In this document: one piece after another, positions 12,340 to 23,960 of the stretch
Layout: each line of letters begins with the position of its first letter
Position numbering within the stretch: the stretch's first letter is position 1
Source of the DNA: Camelus ferus
Taxonomy: Eukaryota
Reading direction: 5' to 3'
Length of the DNA stretch: 64,000 bases
Assembly: GCF_009834535.1 (NCBI RefSeq)
Contig: NC_045698.1
Span: 9,550,001 to 9,614,000, forward strand
The notes under the pieces: model-generated
Databases searched by the model: none
What the model was told of the DNA's origin: nothing
What the model saw: the letters and a program-made list of their open reading frames with translations, nothing else
Made by a program: the position numbers and the translations under genes

Positions 12340-14790
12340 ATAAGTGTCTTCATAGAAAACCCAAATCAATCTACAGATTAATTTGTCTTTAGAAAAATTA
12401 TTAGAATAAATAAGATTTTAATGAGGATCTATAAAATGACATACTATCTTTGCAACAAATGGTGCTGGAAAAACTGGATATACATAAGCAAAAGAATGAA
12501 GTTGGGCTTTTACCTTCCATTATATACAAAAATTAACTAAACATGGATTGAAAGACCTCAATTTAGAAGCTATAAATATAAAACTTTTAGAAGAAAACAT
12601 TGAGGGAAAATCCTCATAACTTTAGATTTGCTGCAATTTCTTGGCTATGCCACTGAAAGCACAGGCAACAAAAGAAACACTAGATAAACTGGACTACATC
12701 AGATTAAAACCTTGTGTATCAAGGAACATGATCAACAGTGAAAAAGCAACTCATGGAATGGGAGAAAATGTTTGCAAATCATACATCTAAGAGATTAATA
12801 TCCATAATGTATGAACGACTCCTAAAATCGAACAACAAAAAACAAATAACTTGATTAAACAATGTGCAAAGGACTTAAATAGACATTTCTTTAAAGATAC
12901 ACAAATGGTCATTAAACACAAGAAAAGATGCTTAGCATTATTATTTACTAGAGAAATATAAACTGAAACCATAATGAGATATGACTTCACACCCACTAGG
13001 AGGACTTCGGTAAAAAAAACTGGTGAAGATGTGGAGAAACTGGAACCCTTACATACTGCTGTGGGAGACAGTTTGGTGGTTCCTCAGTAAGCTAAAAATA
13101 GAACAACTATAGGACCCAGAAACTTCCACTCTTAGCTGTATATCCAAAAGAATTGAAACAAGAGACTAAAACAGATATTTATATACCAATGTTCATAGCA
13201 ACATTACTCAGGGTAGTGAAAAGGTAGAAATGCCCAAAGTGTCTGCCATTAGGTGAATTGATAAACAAAATGTGAGTAGAGAAAAAAGTATACATATCTC
13301 CCACATTTAATTTAATTATTTAATTACATATTTAATTTAAAATATGATAAATTTAATCATACATATAAGAATTATATATAAGAATATTATTCAATCATTA
13401 AAAGGAAGGACATTTTGATATGTGCTACAAAATGGATGGACCTTGAAAATGTTATGCTAAGTGAAATTCGCCACACACAGAAGGACAAATGTATGACTCC
13501 ACTTACATACTCATATGGGGTACATAAAATAGGCAAATTCATAGCATCATAAAGTTAAATAAAATTAAAGGAGCTGCAGGGAAAGGAAAATGGAAAGTGA
13601 TTGTTTAATGGGTGCAAAATTTAGTTTTTGTCCTGGATGATGTAAAATTTCGGGTATAAACGGGGTAATACTTACACAACACTTTGAATATACTTAATGC
13701 CACTGAGTTATACAGTTACAAATGGTTAAAATAATAAATTCTATGTTATGCATATTTTCCCACGTAAAATGCCATAGAATATCAATAAAAAATTGCATCA
13801 TACACCCCCAAAGACCTATGAGAAAATTAAAATATCATTTTCACTAGCAACAACAACAAAAAATAAAATATATGGAATTAAATTTTAAAAAGTATATGCA
13901 TAAACATTTTCTAGGAAATTATAAGACATCATTGGAAAACATTAAGAAAATAAACAAATGAAATTCATAATATATCCATAGATAAGAAAATCCAATTATT
14001 ATAAATATATTAATTCTATCTAAATTTCTTACAGATTCAATAAAATCCCAATCCGAACCACAAAATGGCTTCTCATAGAACTTGGTAAGCTAATTTTAAA
14101 TCTGTTTGGAAAAGCAAAGGTCCAATTAACAGTCAACACAGTCCTGGAAAAAAAAAAAAAACCACAAATAGCCTCTACTGATATTAAGAATAGTTAAAAT
14201 AACCTGTTGTTAATAAAACAATGTAGTATTGATACAGAAAAAGACAAACAGATTGATAGAAGAGAATTAAGAGTTCAGAAATGAGACAACTGGTCATCTA
14301 CAAGGAAAAAAAAATTAAAAGATACCTCTAGCTTACAGTACGTATACATAAACACATTACAAATGGATTGTGGACTTAAATGTGTAAGAAAAATCTTAAA
14401 AGAAAAAAATAAAGGTAAATAACTTCATGACTTTGGAGTAATGGAAGATTTCTTAAACAGTGTATTTTTAAAAGTTAACCCATTTAGGGTAAGATTGATG
14501 ATTTTGACTACTTTAATTTTAAGATTTCTGTTCATCCTGAGACATCAGACATAGAGCAAAGGATAACCTACAAATGGGAAAATTTTCACATACAAAGGCA
14601 AAGAACTGGTTTCCAAAATATATTAAGAGTTTGTCCAAATCTATCAAAGACAGAGCTCCCAATACAAAAATGCAGAAAGACACACAAAGGCAATTCACAC
14701 ACATACACAGAAAAACATCAAATGTCTAGAAGTCATATAATAAGATGCACAATGTCAGTAATAAAGTATCATGACACAGGAATATTACAG
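12340..14790 (+). mobile_element. old L1M ORF2 fragment, interrupted at 12444-13764 by a younger L1
   Basis: A-rich degenerate ORF2-like sequence ('catagaaaacccaaatcaatctaca', 'agattcaataaaatcccaatc', 'agaacttggtaagctaattttaaa') on both sides of the insertion. Confidence 0.65.
12444..13764 (+). mobile_element. 5'-truncated L1 (L1MB-like): ORF2 C-terminus plus 3'UTR
   Basis: Begins with codons reading NKWCWKNWI (L1 ORF2 motif NKWCWENW); 3'UTR 'aatatacttaatgccactgagttatacagttacaaatggttaaaat'; flanked by taaaatgacata (12432-12443) / taaaatgccata (13765-13776). Confidence 0.85.
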
Positions 14791-17188
14791 ACCACCCCAG
14801 AAAGCTCCTTGTCCATTGTTGTCCCCAGAGAGGAGAACCTGGCATGTCATCAGAACTGACTGCACAGCTTTTTCATTCCATTCTACATAAACATGATAAT
14901 CAATGTATGTCCTTCGGTTATGGAGTGAAGATGGCACTGCAAATCACATGAGTAAAGCCTCATAAAGTGGATTTATTACATTTAATTAGACACAGAAATA
15001 ATAAATGGGCCCTTCCAATGAGCGTCAATTTACCAACATCTTTCCACTTAGACTCTGCAATAACTAACCTCATTCAGTCACATAAAATGACACCTGCTAA
15101 AACCAAAGCCCATTCTTATTTATGACAACTTCAGAAAGAAAAACTGCACAATATCAGTTATAGAAACAAGGGAATAAATTCCATTTGAAGCTGAAGTCAC
15201 TGGAAATATTTTCAGAATAAATGAGGAAATCATTATTTTTAAAATATTTTCTTAAAAAAGTAATATAACAACCAGTTAAAACAAGTGCATTTATTTTAGA
15301 GTCTCATTAAAATTTAATTTATTAAAAAATTAAAACTCTAGGGAAATAATTTTATATATAGTATACATATATTGCAAACTGAAATATACATATAGGTACT
15401 ATATAAGATTTTGTGTCATGCTGAGAAGATTCTAGAAGACTTCATTTAGGTTAAATTAAGGTCAGTTAAAATAATACACTTTCTGTAAATTATAAAAAAA
15501 AAATTATAGCAAAACATAAGATCACATTCACCCTCTGAGTTCTCACTCCCTCACTACTCAGTGTATAAATGTGCAGATCTCATTAAATATAAGTTTGACC
15601 TTAAAACTGAAATGCAGGGTGGCTCTGTCTTTTTGGATATAAAGCTTATGGGTCTTCCTCATGAGTACATCTGATTTTCACCGATTTGTTGAAGAGACAA
15701 TGGAGAACACTCACCCTATGCGTGTATCTAATTACCATCAGCAGCCCTCAAGGTGTGTGGCTGAAGGAAATCACAGAACAGATGCAGAAAACATAATCAC
15801 CTTGATTTGTTGCAGTAAGAATTCTAGCTCGGCCGTGCTACTATCGTGAAACATGCTTAGTTGAGTCCCCTTTTGGCCCTTACAAAGTAAAGATGCTTGC
15901 TACCTACTACAGGTCAGTATTTATTCAAAAGCATAAGCCCAGCTTCCTGAAAGCTGGTAAAGATTTTAGCCAATGTCTCATTCATCTGTTTCCAGAAAAA
16001 CTACCAGGTAAGTCCTAGGTGGGTGAGTGAATCTAGGTGAGAATGGATGGGTGAAGTTTGGAAATTTCATTCTCTCTTAGCAGAGGAGACCTGACTGTGT
16101 CATATAATTTTGAAAAGGCACCATTACGAATAGTATCTTTGATACTCTTGTGAAATACATGCCGAAAGGGGAAGCAGTTACAAGAGGGTAAGGCAAAAAG
16201 ACAAAGGGGGTTAATAGGCATGGTCAGAACAGCAAGTATGGGAGGCAGCTGAGAGGCAGACAAGAACTCCAGCCACAGAACCTCAGGCTGAGGTACCACT
16301 TCCCTCCAGCGTGTTCTGATCTTCAGTGAGGTGTGTCACAAGCATGTGTTACCCACATGAGTCTTGGACAATGACATGTTTACATTCACAGCAGACTCCT
16401 AAGACTCCCTTTAACCTCTTCAATAGAAAGCTCATTTGGTAACACCGTCGTAAAGAGAAGGAGAAAAATGAGGGTTCTGAGAATTGCCACTAGGGGATTC
16501 CCCCTTTGAAGTGCATCCGTCATGGGCACTCCATGGAGAAAAGTGTCGAGAAGTGCTATTGTGGAGAACATACGCCCCGGCTGGGGCCCCCGAAGACTTC
16601 TTACTTTTTCTGTTGCATAGCCCCACAGGATGAAGTCATGTAGAAGTCTACACACATTAACTGGCCTTGTCAACCTCTGCACAAACATATGTTTCATCCA
16701 GATAATCAGATGCACCTCCCAATAATCTACCAAAATGTGCTTTATATTCAGTTTCGTGTATGGGGAGAGCATTGTGGGAAGACAGAATTCAGGTGGCTGA
16801 GGAGAGAGAAGTATAGAGTAAAAATGGGGGGAAATGCAGGGGACCTTCAGGTGAAGCAAAGTCAGGCTGAACAGCCTGAAATGGATGAAAAGAAAGACAG
16901 TACATGAGCCTGTTAGTGTACAGCTCTCTTTAAGGCTCCATGGTATGCTATGAAGCCACATGCTGCAAGAAAATTCAGTGGAGGCAAAACTGAAGATGTC
17001 TCTCCATATAACTTGCAGAGGTGGGGCAGAATCAGAAGCCAGGAAAGAAAGAACCAAAAGTCTGCCCCATCCAGGGATTGCACATCCTTGGAGAAGCAAA
17101 ATCCCATTACAGTTACATGGAGAATGTGAATATTTAGAAATATCTTTGTAAAAGCCTGTGTAAATGAGGTGGGAGATTATAGTTAAGG

Positions 17189-17191
<3 letters not shown>

Positions 17192-17230
<39 letters not shown>
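17192..17230. repeat. pure poly(T) tract, 39 nt
   Basis: Counted directly. Confidence 0.95.
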
Positions 17231-17232
<2 letters not shown>

Positions 17233-18294
17233 TGAAAGGAGAGTGGCAGGGCAGGGAAAGAAAGTAAAGTGCAATTTAAAAGGGGAGGATTACAGGGGAA
17301 GGATGCAAACCAGGCTTTGAGAATCTCAGGACTAGCCTATTGTCTCACGGAGCTGCTAATGGCTTGGTAGGTTACCTGGCATATCCATTGTAAAGGAGAC
17401 AACTGGAGGGAGCAGTAATTAATCACAATAAATTATAATTGAATGCTACAGTTTAAGGCACGGGGGCACTTGGGACGTGTTCAAGCACAGAGCATCCTTC
17501 CCGTTCTAAAGTCCTGGGCAGACAATTACCAGCCCACTTTATACTTTCTGTCATCTTCTTTGCTTTGAATGGTTTTTGTTTTTTCGTTCTCACCACAGAT
17601 CCGTTTTCTCCCTGTTCTTTCTGATTCCTCTTTCCCTTGCCTTTCCTATCAATCTCTCTATCAGATCTTAAGTTTTAGCAGCTATTTCCTTAGATAAATT
17701 TTCTACATCAATTTTTGGAGTGAGATCGCAGAGAGAAGAGAACCTCTGATAACACCAGAATGACTCACTGCTCAGTCCTGAGCTGCCTTATTTGGAGAGT
17801 GGCCACTTTTACTATCATTGAAAGATCACCAGAAAAAGTAACATTTTGTGATAATCGCAACAAAAGAAACAGCTTCTAACATAAATACACAATGGAAAGA
17901 ATTCCTAATAAATAGAGGGGGAAGATACAATTGAAGAGATCTTGATATTATTACAAATAATAAGCAAATTGAAAATGGATGTTGGGCGTAAGTCATGTCA
18001 TTCTTAAGTATTATTGCAGTTGTCCTATTAAAAGATTGGAAGGTGTATGCATAGTGTATTTTAACTATTTGAAATTCAGTGAGCTCATGCTTTAGAAATA
18101 GTTCACCCTCCTTTTCAATTTATTCTTTGTTTCTAAAGAAATTGGAGTATTGAAATAAGGCCAAAAAAGTTGACATTTTGATTCCAAAAGGAATAGCATT
18201 CTGGTGCTGACTCACGATGAAAAGCTATACACATCTAGCAGACATGGAGTTCGACAAAAAGAGGAGCCAAAGGAGAAGGAGCTCATATTGGTGG

Positions 18295-18800
18295 ATCAGA
18301 AAGGCTCTTAGATGTAAATACTGAATCCCCTCTCGTTAACGTAAGCAGGAAGAAATTTACTAAACAATATAGGTAGAACACAGATTTTCTAAGAGGGTCA
18401 AGAACCACACTTGGAGGCTTATACAGCTAGCTTAAATGCCCAAGACACACTGGTAGACTGGTTGCTGCCATCAGCATCATGGCACTTGAACCAGCATCAC
18501 TGATGCTGGGCGGGAGGTTCCTCTGGCAGGACCTCTTCAATTGCTGCCTTGAAAAGATAGACATTTCCACCACATGGTTCTTCCTTTTTAGCTCACACTC
18601 TGCTGAAATAAAATTTTGGTTAGATGCCTCTGAATGATGAATCTGAGATCATGTGCTAAGCCCCAGCTGTGAAGGAAGTGGGAAAGTGAGTTCCTAGCTC
18701 TTGTCTTGAGGACATGCAACTTATAAGTTGGAAAATTCTCACATAGGAGAAACATTCAAGTAGTGCTATGTATCTAAAAATGTATGCTAAAAGTCCACTG
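18295..18800 (-). mobile_element. ancient MaLR LTR (MLT1M/N/O-like), degenerate
   Basis: 'taacgtaagcaggaagaaatttactaaacaatataggtagaacacaga' and 'tctgaatgatgaatctgagatcatgtgctaagccccagctgtgaaggaagtggga' resemble antisense old MLT1. Confidence 0.5.
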
Positions 18801-19329
18801 AAGTAAAGGAGGTTTAAACGAATACCTTAAGACCCTCTAAATGCTGAGACAAAAATATTAAAATGTGATCAAATATCTGTATGTGTCATTGCTTTCTAGT
18901 TGGTTTCTCTGGTGGTGCCTCGACAATGTGTGCAAAATTTCCGGCGTTCAGTGATAACCAAAACGGTTATCTCAGAGTTCCAGCTTGTCCAGCTTGTCTT
19001 TTAAAACTGTAGCTAGGCTTACAGACCCTCTGAATGAGTTACTTCGTTTGATACATGCGTGGAGACTAAATAAATTAGCAAAGACATTCCAAATAATCAG
19101 TTGCAAAGATAGAGCTGGAAAAATGCAATTATGCATCCGCAACATGACATTCACACTTACTTTTCCCATGTGCTGGTCGAATGAGTCCGACTACTGAATT
19201 CTATTTCCATCTTCATCAGCTCTATAACCCCTATAATCCCCTAGTACTTGGATGAACATCCTGCTCAAACTTACTTCTTGCTGGACCGTTTGCCCTTTGC
19301 ACAACCAGTACTTTCTCCAACCAAGTTTG

Positions 19330-19680
19330 GTTTGTGAAGCCCAAATTGTCCACACACTTGTGAGCTTGTGAACCTTGGTGTATGCTGTTTCCACTCTCTA
19401 GAAGTTCCTTCCAGATTTTCTGATTGAAAATGACCTACTAATTCTTGGAAGGTAAATCAAGTATAACCCTAAGTCTACTCCAACACACCAGATCCATGCA
19501 GAACCATGGTTTACTAAATGTGTGTGTATTACATTATATCTCTATTATTTATTTATACATATGGCCCCTTCAACAATGTTTCAGCAGCATTGCCTCACTC
19601 ATCTCTGAATCCTGAGTAATTTCAGTTTGCCTTATCCATAGGGCCCCATTAAATGTTTGATGACTGAATGAGTCAATCCA
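19330..19680 (+). mobile_element. L2 3' region fragment
   Basis: 'tatgctgtttccactctctagaagttccttc...ttaaatgtttgatgactgaatgagt'. Confidence 0.5.
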
Positions 19681-20894
19681 TAAGTCCATGTTATATGTGA
19701 GACACCTTCAAAATAAGACTCTGGGTACACAAGCACATTAACATTAAATATATTAAGTATATTAAATATTTTGTAAATGTGATTTTTGGAAGCATGTTAT
19801 TTTTACTGACTCATATGGCAAAGGATGTTAGAACAGGTTTTCAGGATACCTAATTTTCAGGGATTCTTAAATTTGAGGCTCACTATTAAACATTGACAAT
19901 AGCATTGGTTGAGAAATTAAAATATAGTTGATTATGTAAATTCAAGTTCTCTTAAGACTGCCTTTCAGTTCATTTTTTTAAATAAAACTGGTACCTATAC
20001 AAAAATCTTATCATGAAAATCCAGATAGGCATTTTACACTGAAGTTCTGTATTCATATCATGAATGAGAGAAAAAAATGATTTAGAGGTGCGAGGCTTGG
20101 ATAAATCTTAATTGGAGAATTTATGGAGCCATCTTTTCCATTCTGATTTGATTCAATAGTCATATTGTGAAATAAAAGAGATTGAATTTCCCAGGGCCAA
20201 ATATGATTATAAAGAAAACTACTTATACGTTCTGAATGTAAGGTTCTCAAAAAGTGGTTAAATAATAAATATTATTTTGTAAGACAATAGTACATCAACT
20301 GTTGGGCATTAAAATTTGATGTATGAAAGTTTCTAAAACATCCTTGTCCTGAAGCCCTGTATTCCTGTGGGGAATTTCTGTCATCACCGTCTGCACTCTG
20401 CAGACTTTAGAGGATAACAAGTAAAAATTTTCACAGTGCAGCCCATTCCTATTAGATAGAAATCTTTGAAAGCTTGGCAGGATTTCACCTTGATTCCTTT
20501 AACTCAAAAGCTGATGTAAGAGATTTCAATGGAGCTAGATTAAATTAAATTAATGACTGCATTCATCACACCAAAGGGCTTTTTTCAATTAAACAGAATT
20601 CAAGACTGTCTGGATTTTTTTTAATGTAACCTTATTCCATCTTTCTAAGTAAGGTTGGTGTTTTGCAAGACTTGTTAAACTTTACCTCCTTTCTGATACG
20701 AGAAGGGAGGCGATAGGTAAAGGATAACATGCAAATCTGAACCAGAGTTATTTGATTATTCTAAAATATTACATTGTGATTCAGCATTGAATCCTGAGTT
20801 TACTATCTGAGCTGAAAGGCACAAAAACAGAACAGTAAGGTGTACATTTGATGAAAATGAAGCTGATCATTAAAGGAATGACCGCAATTCCACA

Positions 20895-21625
20895 TTTTCT
20901 TTTTTTAATTTTATTTTTCCAGTTTTATTGAGAAATAATTAAAGTATAAAATTGTATAAGCTTAAAGTGCACAACACAGTGATTTCATATATGTATATAG
21001 TACAGAATGATTACAATAAATTTGGTTAACATCCATCGAATCACATAGTTTATTTTTTTCTTATGATGAAAACTTAAGATTTATTCTCTTAGCAATTTTC
21101 AAATATATGAGACAGTGTTATTAGCTATAGTCATCATGTTATACACTGCATCCACAGAACTTATTTATATTGTGGAAGTTTGTATCTTATGACCACCTTC
21201 ACCCACTTCACCTACCCTCTCCATCCCTTGCTTCTGGCAATCACAAATCTCATCTCGGTTTCTATGAGGTTGTTTTTTGTTTTTTGTTTTTTGTTTTTTG
21301 TTTTTTGTTTTTTTGATTCCACATATAAGTAAAATCATGCAGTATTTTTCTTTCTCTGTCTGACTTATTTAGCTTAGCATAATGCCCTCAAGATCCATAC
21401 ACAATGTCTCAAATGGCAGGATTTCTTTATTTTATATGGCTGAATAGTATTGCATTAAATAAATAAATACATTTTTTTTTATATATCACAAATTCTTTAC
21501 CCATTCTTCCGTCATTAAACACTTAGGCTGTTTCCATGGCTTGGTTATTGTAAATAATGCTGCAGTGAACCTAGAGGTAAAAGATCTTTTCAGGATAGTG
21601 ATTTTTTCATTGGGATATACGCACA
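20895..21625 (-). mobile_element. L1 3'UTR / ORF2 end (L1MA9-like), with a (GTTTTTT)n tract at ~21272-21316
   Basis: T-rich tail then 'ttttattgagaaataatt...gattccacatataagt...tctgacttatttagcttagcataatgccctcaagatccat...ttggttattgtaaataatgctgcagtgaac'. Confidence 0.85.
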
Positions 21626-23769
21626 TACATATTTTCGCACACACACACAAAAAAAAGAGTTTTATGGACCCTCAAGGAGGACAGAATCCACAGGAGGAAA
21701 AAGCCTTGTTTTTGTACATGAGGGCTGCCCAACACACACCAAACAGTGCAGCTGATGGCAAGATAAATGGCAGGCCATAGCCCTAGAAAATAGCAAAAGA
21801 TATTTCAAAGTAACGAGAGGCTGGTGTAACCAGTTAATTAATCACGTATTTTAAAACTTCTTACAAAAAGCATAAAATAAAAAGTCTTAATGAGAAGGTA
21901 TGGTTGTGTCATAGTTTAATAGGAAGTGTTTTTTTTTTTTTCTTTCCTAAGTGGAAATAAAACAAACTCACCCTTATAATTGACAGCAGCTCTGATTGAA
22001 TGAAATTTCAGTGACAGCCAACAGCCAAGGAGATATTTGAAGACTAACAGCCCTTTTTTCTATTACACTTGGAGGATGAGGAGTGTTCCAGGGCAGTATT
22101 CAGCATGGTGGATTCGCCACAATGTCTCAAATTCAGCATATTGGATTCTCCAAAAAGGCTTCCTCTCCCTACGTCTCCAGCTCAGCCCTCTCTCGTTTCT
22201 TGCTGGCCCTTGGAGCATCAACTGGGAGTCTGTTCTGTGCATTCAATAATCTCCTTCCCCTGCTCTCCAGGTCACAGGCTACACCCAGCTGTGCTCAAGG
22301 CTACTAAACACTGACTTTCAAATGTAAAACTGCCACCTCTGTTCAAATCTCATGATTCTCCAGGTACTTCATATGAAAAAAGAATAAATATTTTTGAATG
22401 CATGCAAGATATTTTTCATCCAAAAAGATTAATTTTCAAATGATGGTCTAAATTTTGAAAATTCACCTCATTTTAGACAGTTTATGGAGCCTCTTTGGTT
22501 TCCTCTATCCCTAGAATCCATGATTAATTACATGAAAGCTACTTAGAGCATGGGGATTTTCATCTTTCATGTAGTTTCATAGCATCAACAGAAAAGTTGC
22601 AATTTGTGGGCACTGATTGCCAAGAATTATGCCTATCTGCTGAAAGAAGCAGTGTTGCTGTTTCTAATTTTTCCTTATCTTGTTTCCAGGCTTGTCTTAC
22701 AAAGTACACACAGATGTTGAAATTACTGGGCTGGGAGAAGTGAGAGGTGGAAAATCCTACACACTCTGTGTGCACCCTGCTTGAGGATGGAGGGAGAGAA
22801 TTTGCTTAGCAATCAACTGCTCGGCTGTAAACAAGCTTTAACGCTATCACGGCATCAGACTGGAAATCACATGTTTACTTTAATAACTAGACCTGCTGCC
22901 TCAACCTGAATATTTTCTGCACCAGAACTTAATCCCCATTTAATCCACTCAATTTAATCATTCTGCATTTACTTCTGACACAAAGTGCCGAAAAAGAGGA
23001 AGTGCAACAATCTCTCCAATACACATTTCACACGTGGAAACGTAACGGAGGGAAGAGGACACTAGAAACCCTTTTCCTCATGTTGATCTAAGCATCATAA
23101 CCCTGAAGGGGTGAATTTCATGTTGAATGAAAGTCAAAGGACGCAGTCACCCAAATGATGAAACAGACTGCTGACGCTGACTTTTATGCCAATGAAATTA
23201 AATACTAGATCAAGTAAATACACATTTACTTTATCCGTCTCCCTATGTGAATAGCTTCTGCTCTCTGTCGATGCTTTTCATCCCCCACTTTGAAGAAAGT
23301 ATCTCCAGAAATGGGCACTTAAAAAATTCTAAAAATAAATCAAACTCCAAAAAGAGGAAGGAGATAACATTGCAGGAAAATGGGGAAAAGAATAACATTT
23401 TATAAAATCTTTTTTAAACATTTCTGTTATCTCCCCAGATTTTCTGTCTCAGCAGCATCACTTTCTCTGCTCCTTGATACTAGGCATGGTTTTTCTCCCC
23501 AGAAGCAACACACCATCCTTCTCATTTGTGCAAATTATTGAGAATATTAACTGTATTACTATACGGATATGGACAAGGATCCCAAATGCTTTTGTAGCTA
23601 CAATATTTGCTAATATTAACACAATATTAATATTTGTTAATATTAATATAAGTAATAAATAATATAAATAATAAATACCATAATAACATAAATAACTACA
23701 TAACAAAAATAGCATAAAACGTAAGCATTTTAAGATAACCCTTAAAAAAGACTGTGAGAGGTAAAGAAC

Positions 23770-23960
23770 TTTTGCCTCATTCTAGCTCTATTACTTACTG
23801 GTGTATGATTTCAAGCAATCTATTGAATTTCTCTGAGGATCTCTCTTCATCTTTCAAATCAGGATAATCATACATACTTCATGGAGTTGTAGGGAGAATT
23901 AAATTATTGTAAAGTACTCAACAAACTATCTAGCACATAGGTCAATAAACTATATATTGT
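23770..23960 (+). mobile_element. MIR SINE
   Basis: 'ttctagctctattacttactggtgtatgatttcaagcaa...catggagttgtagggagaattaaat...gtaaagtactcaaca...gcacataggtcaataaa'. Confidence 0.7.

Noticed and set aside
11931..12353. 140-aa hydrophobic minus-strand ORF as a membrane protein
   Set aside because: F/S/L richness comes from reading the GA-rich low-complexity tract antisense.
19150..19280. Minus-strand donor motifs (GTAAGT) suggesting exons
   Set aside because: No convincing acceptor or recognisable coding frame; 6-mers at this frequency are expected by chance.
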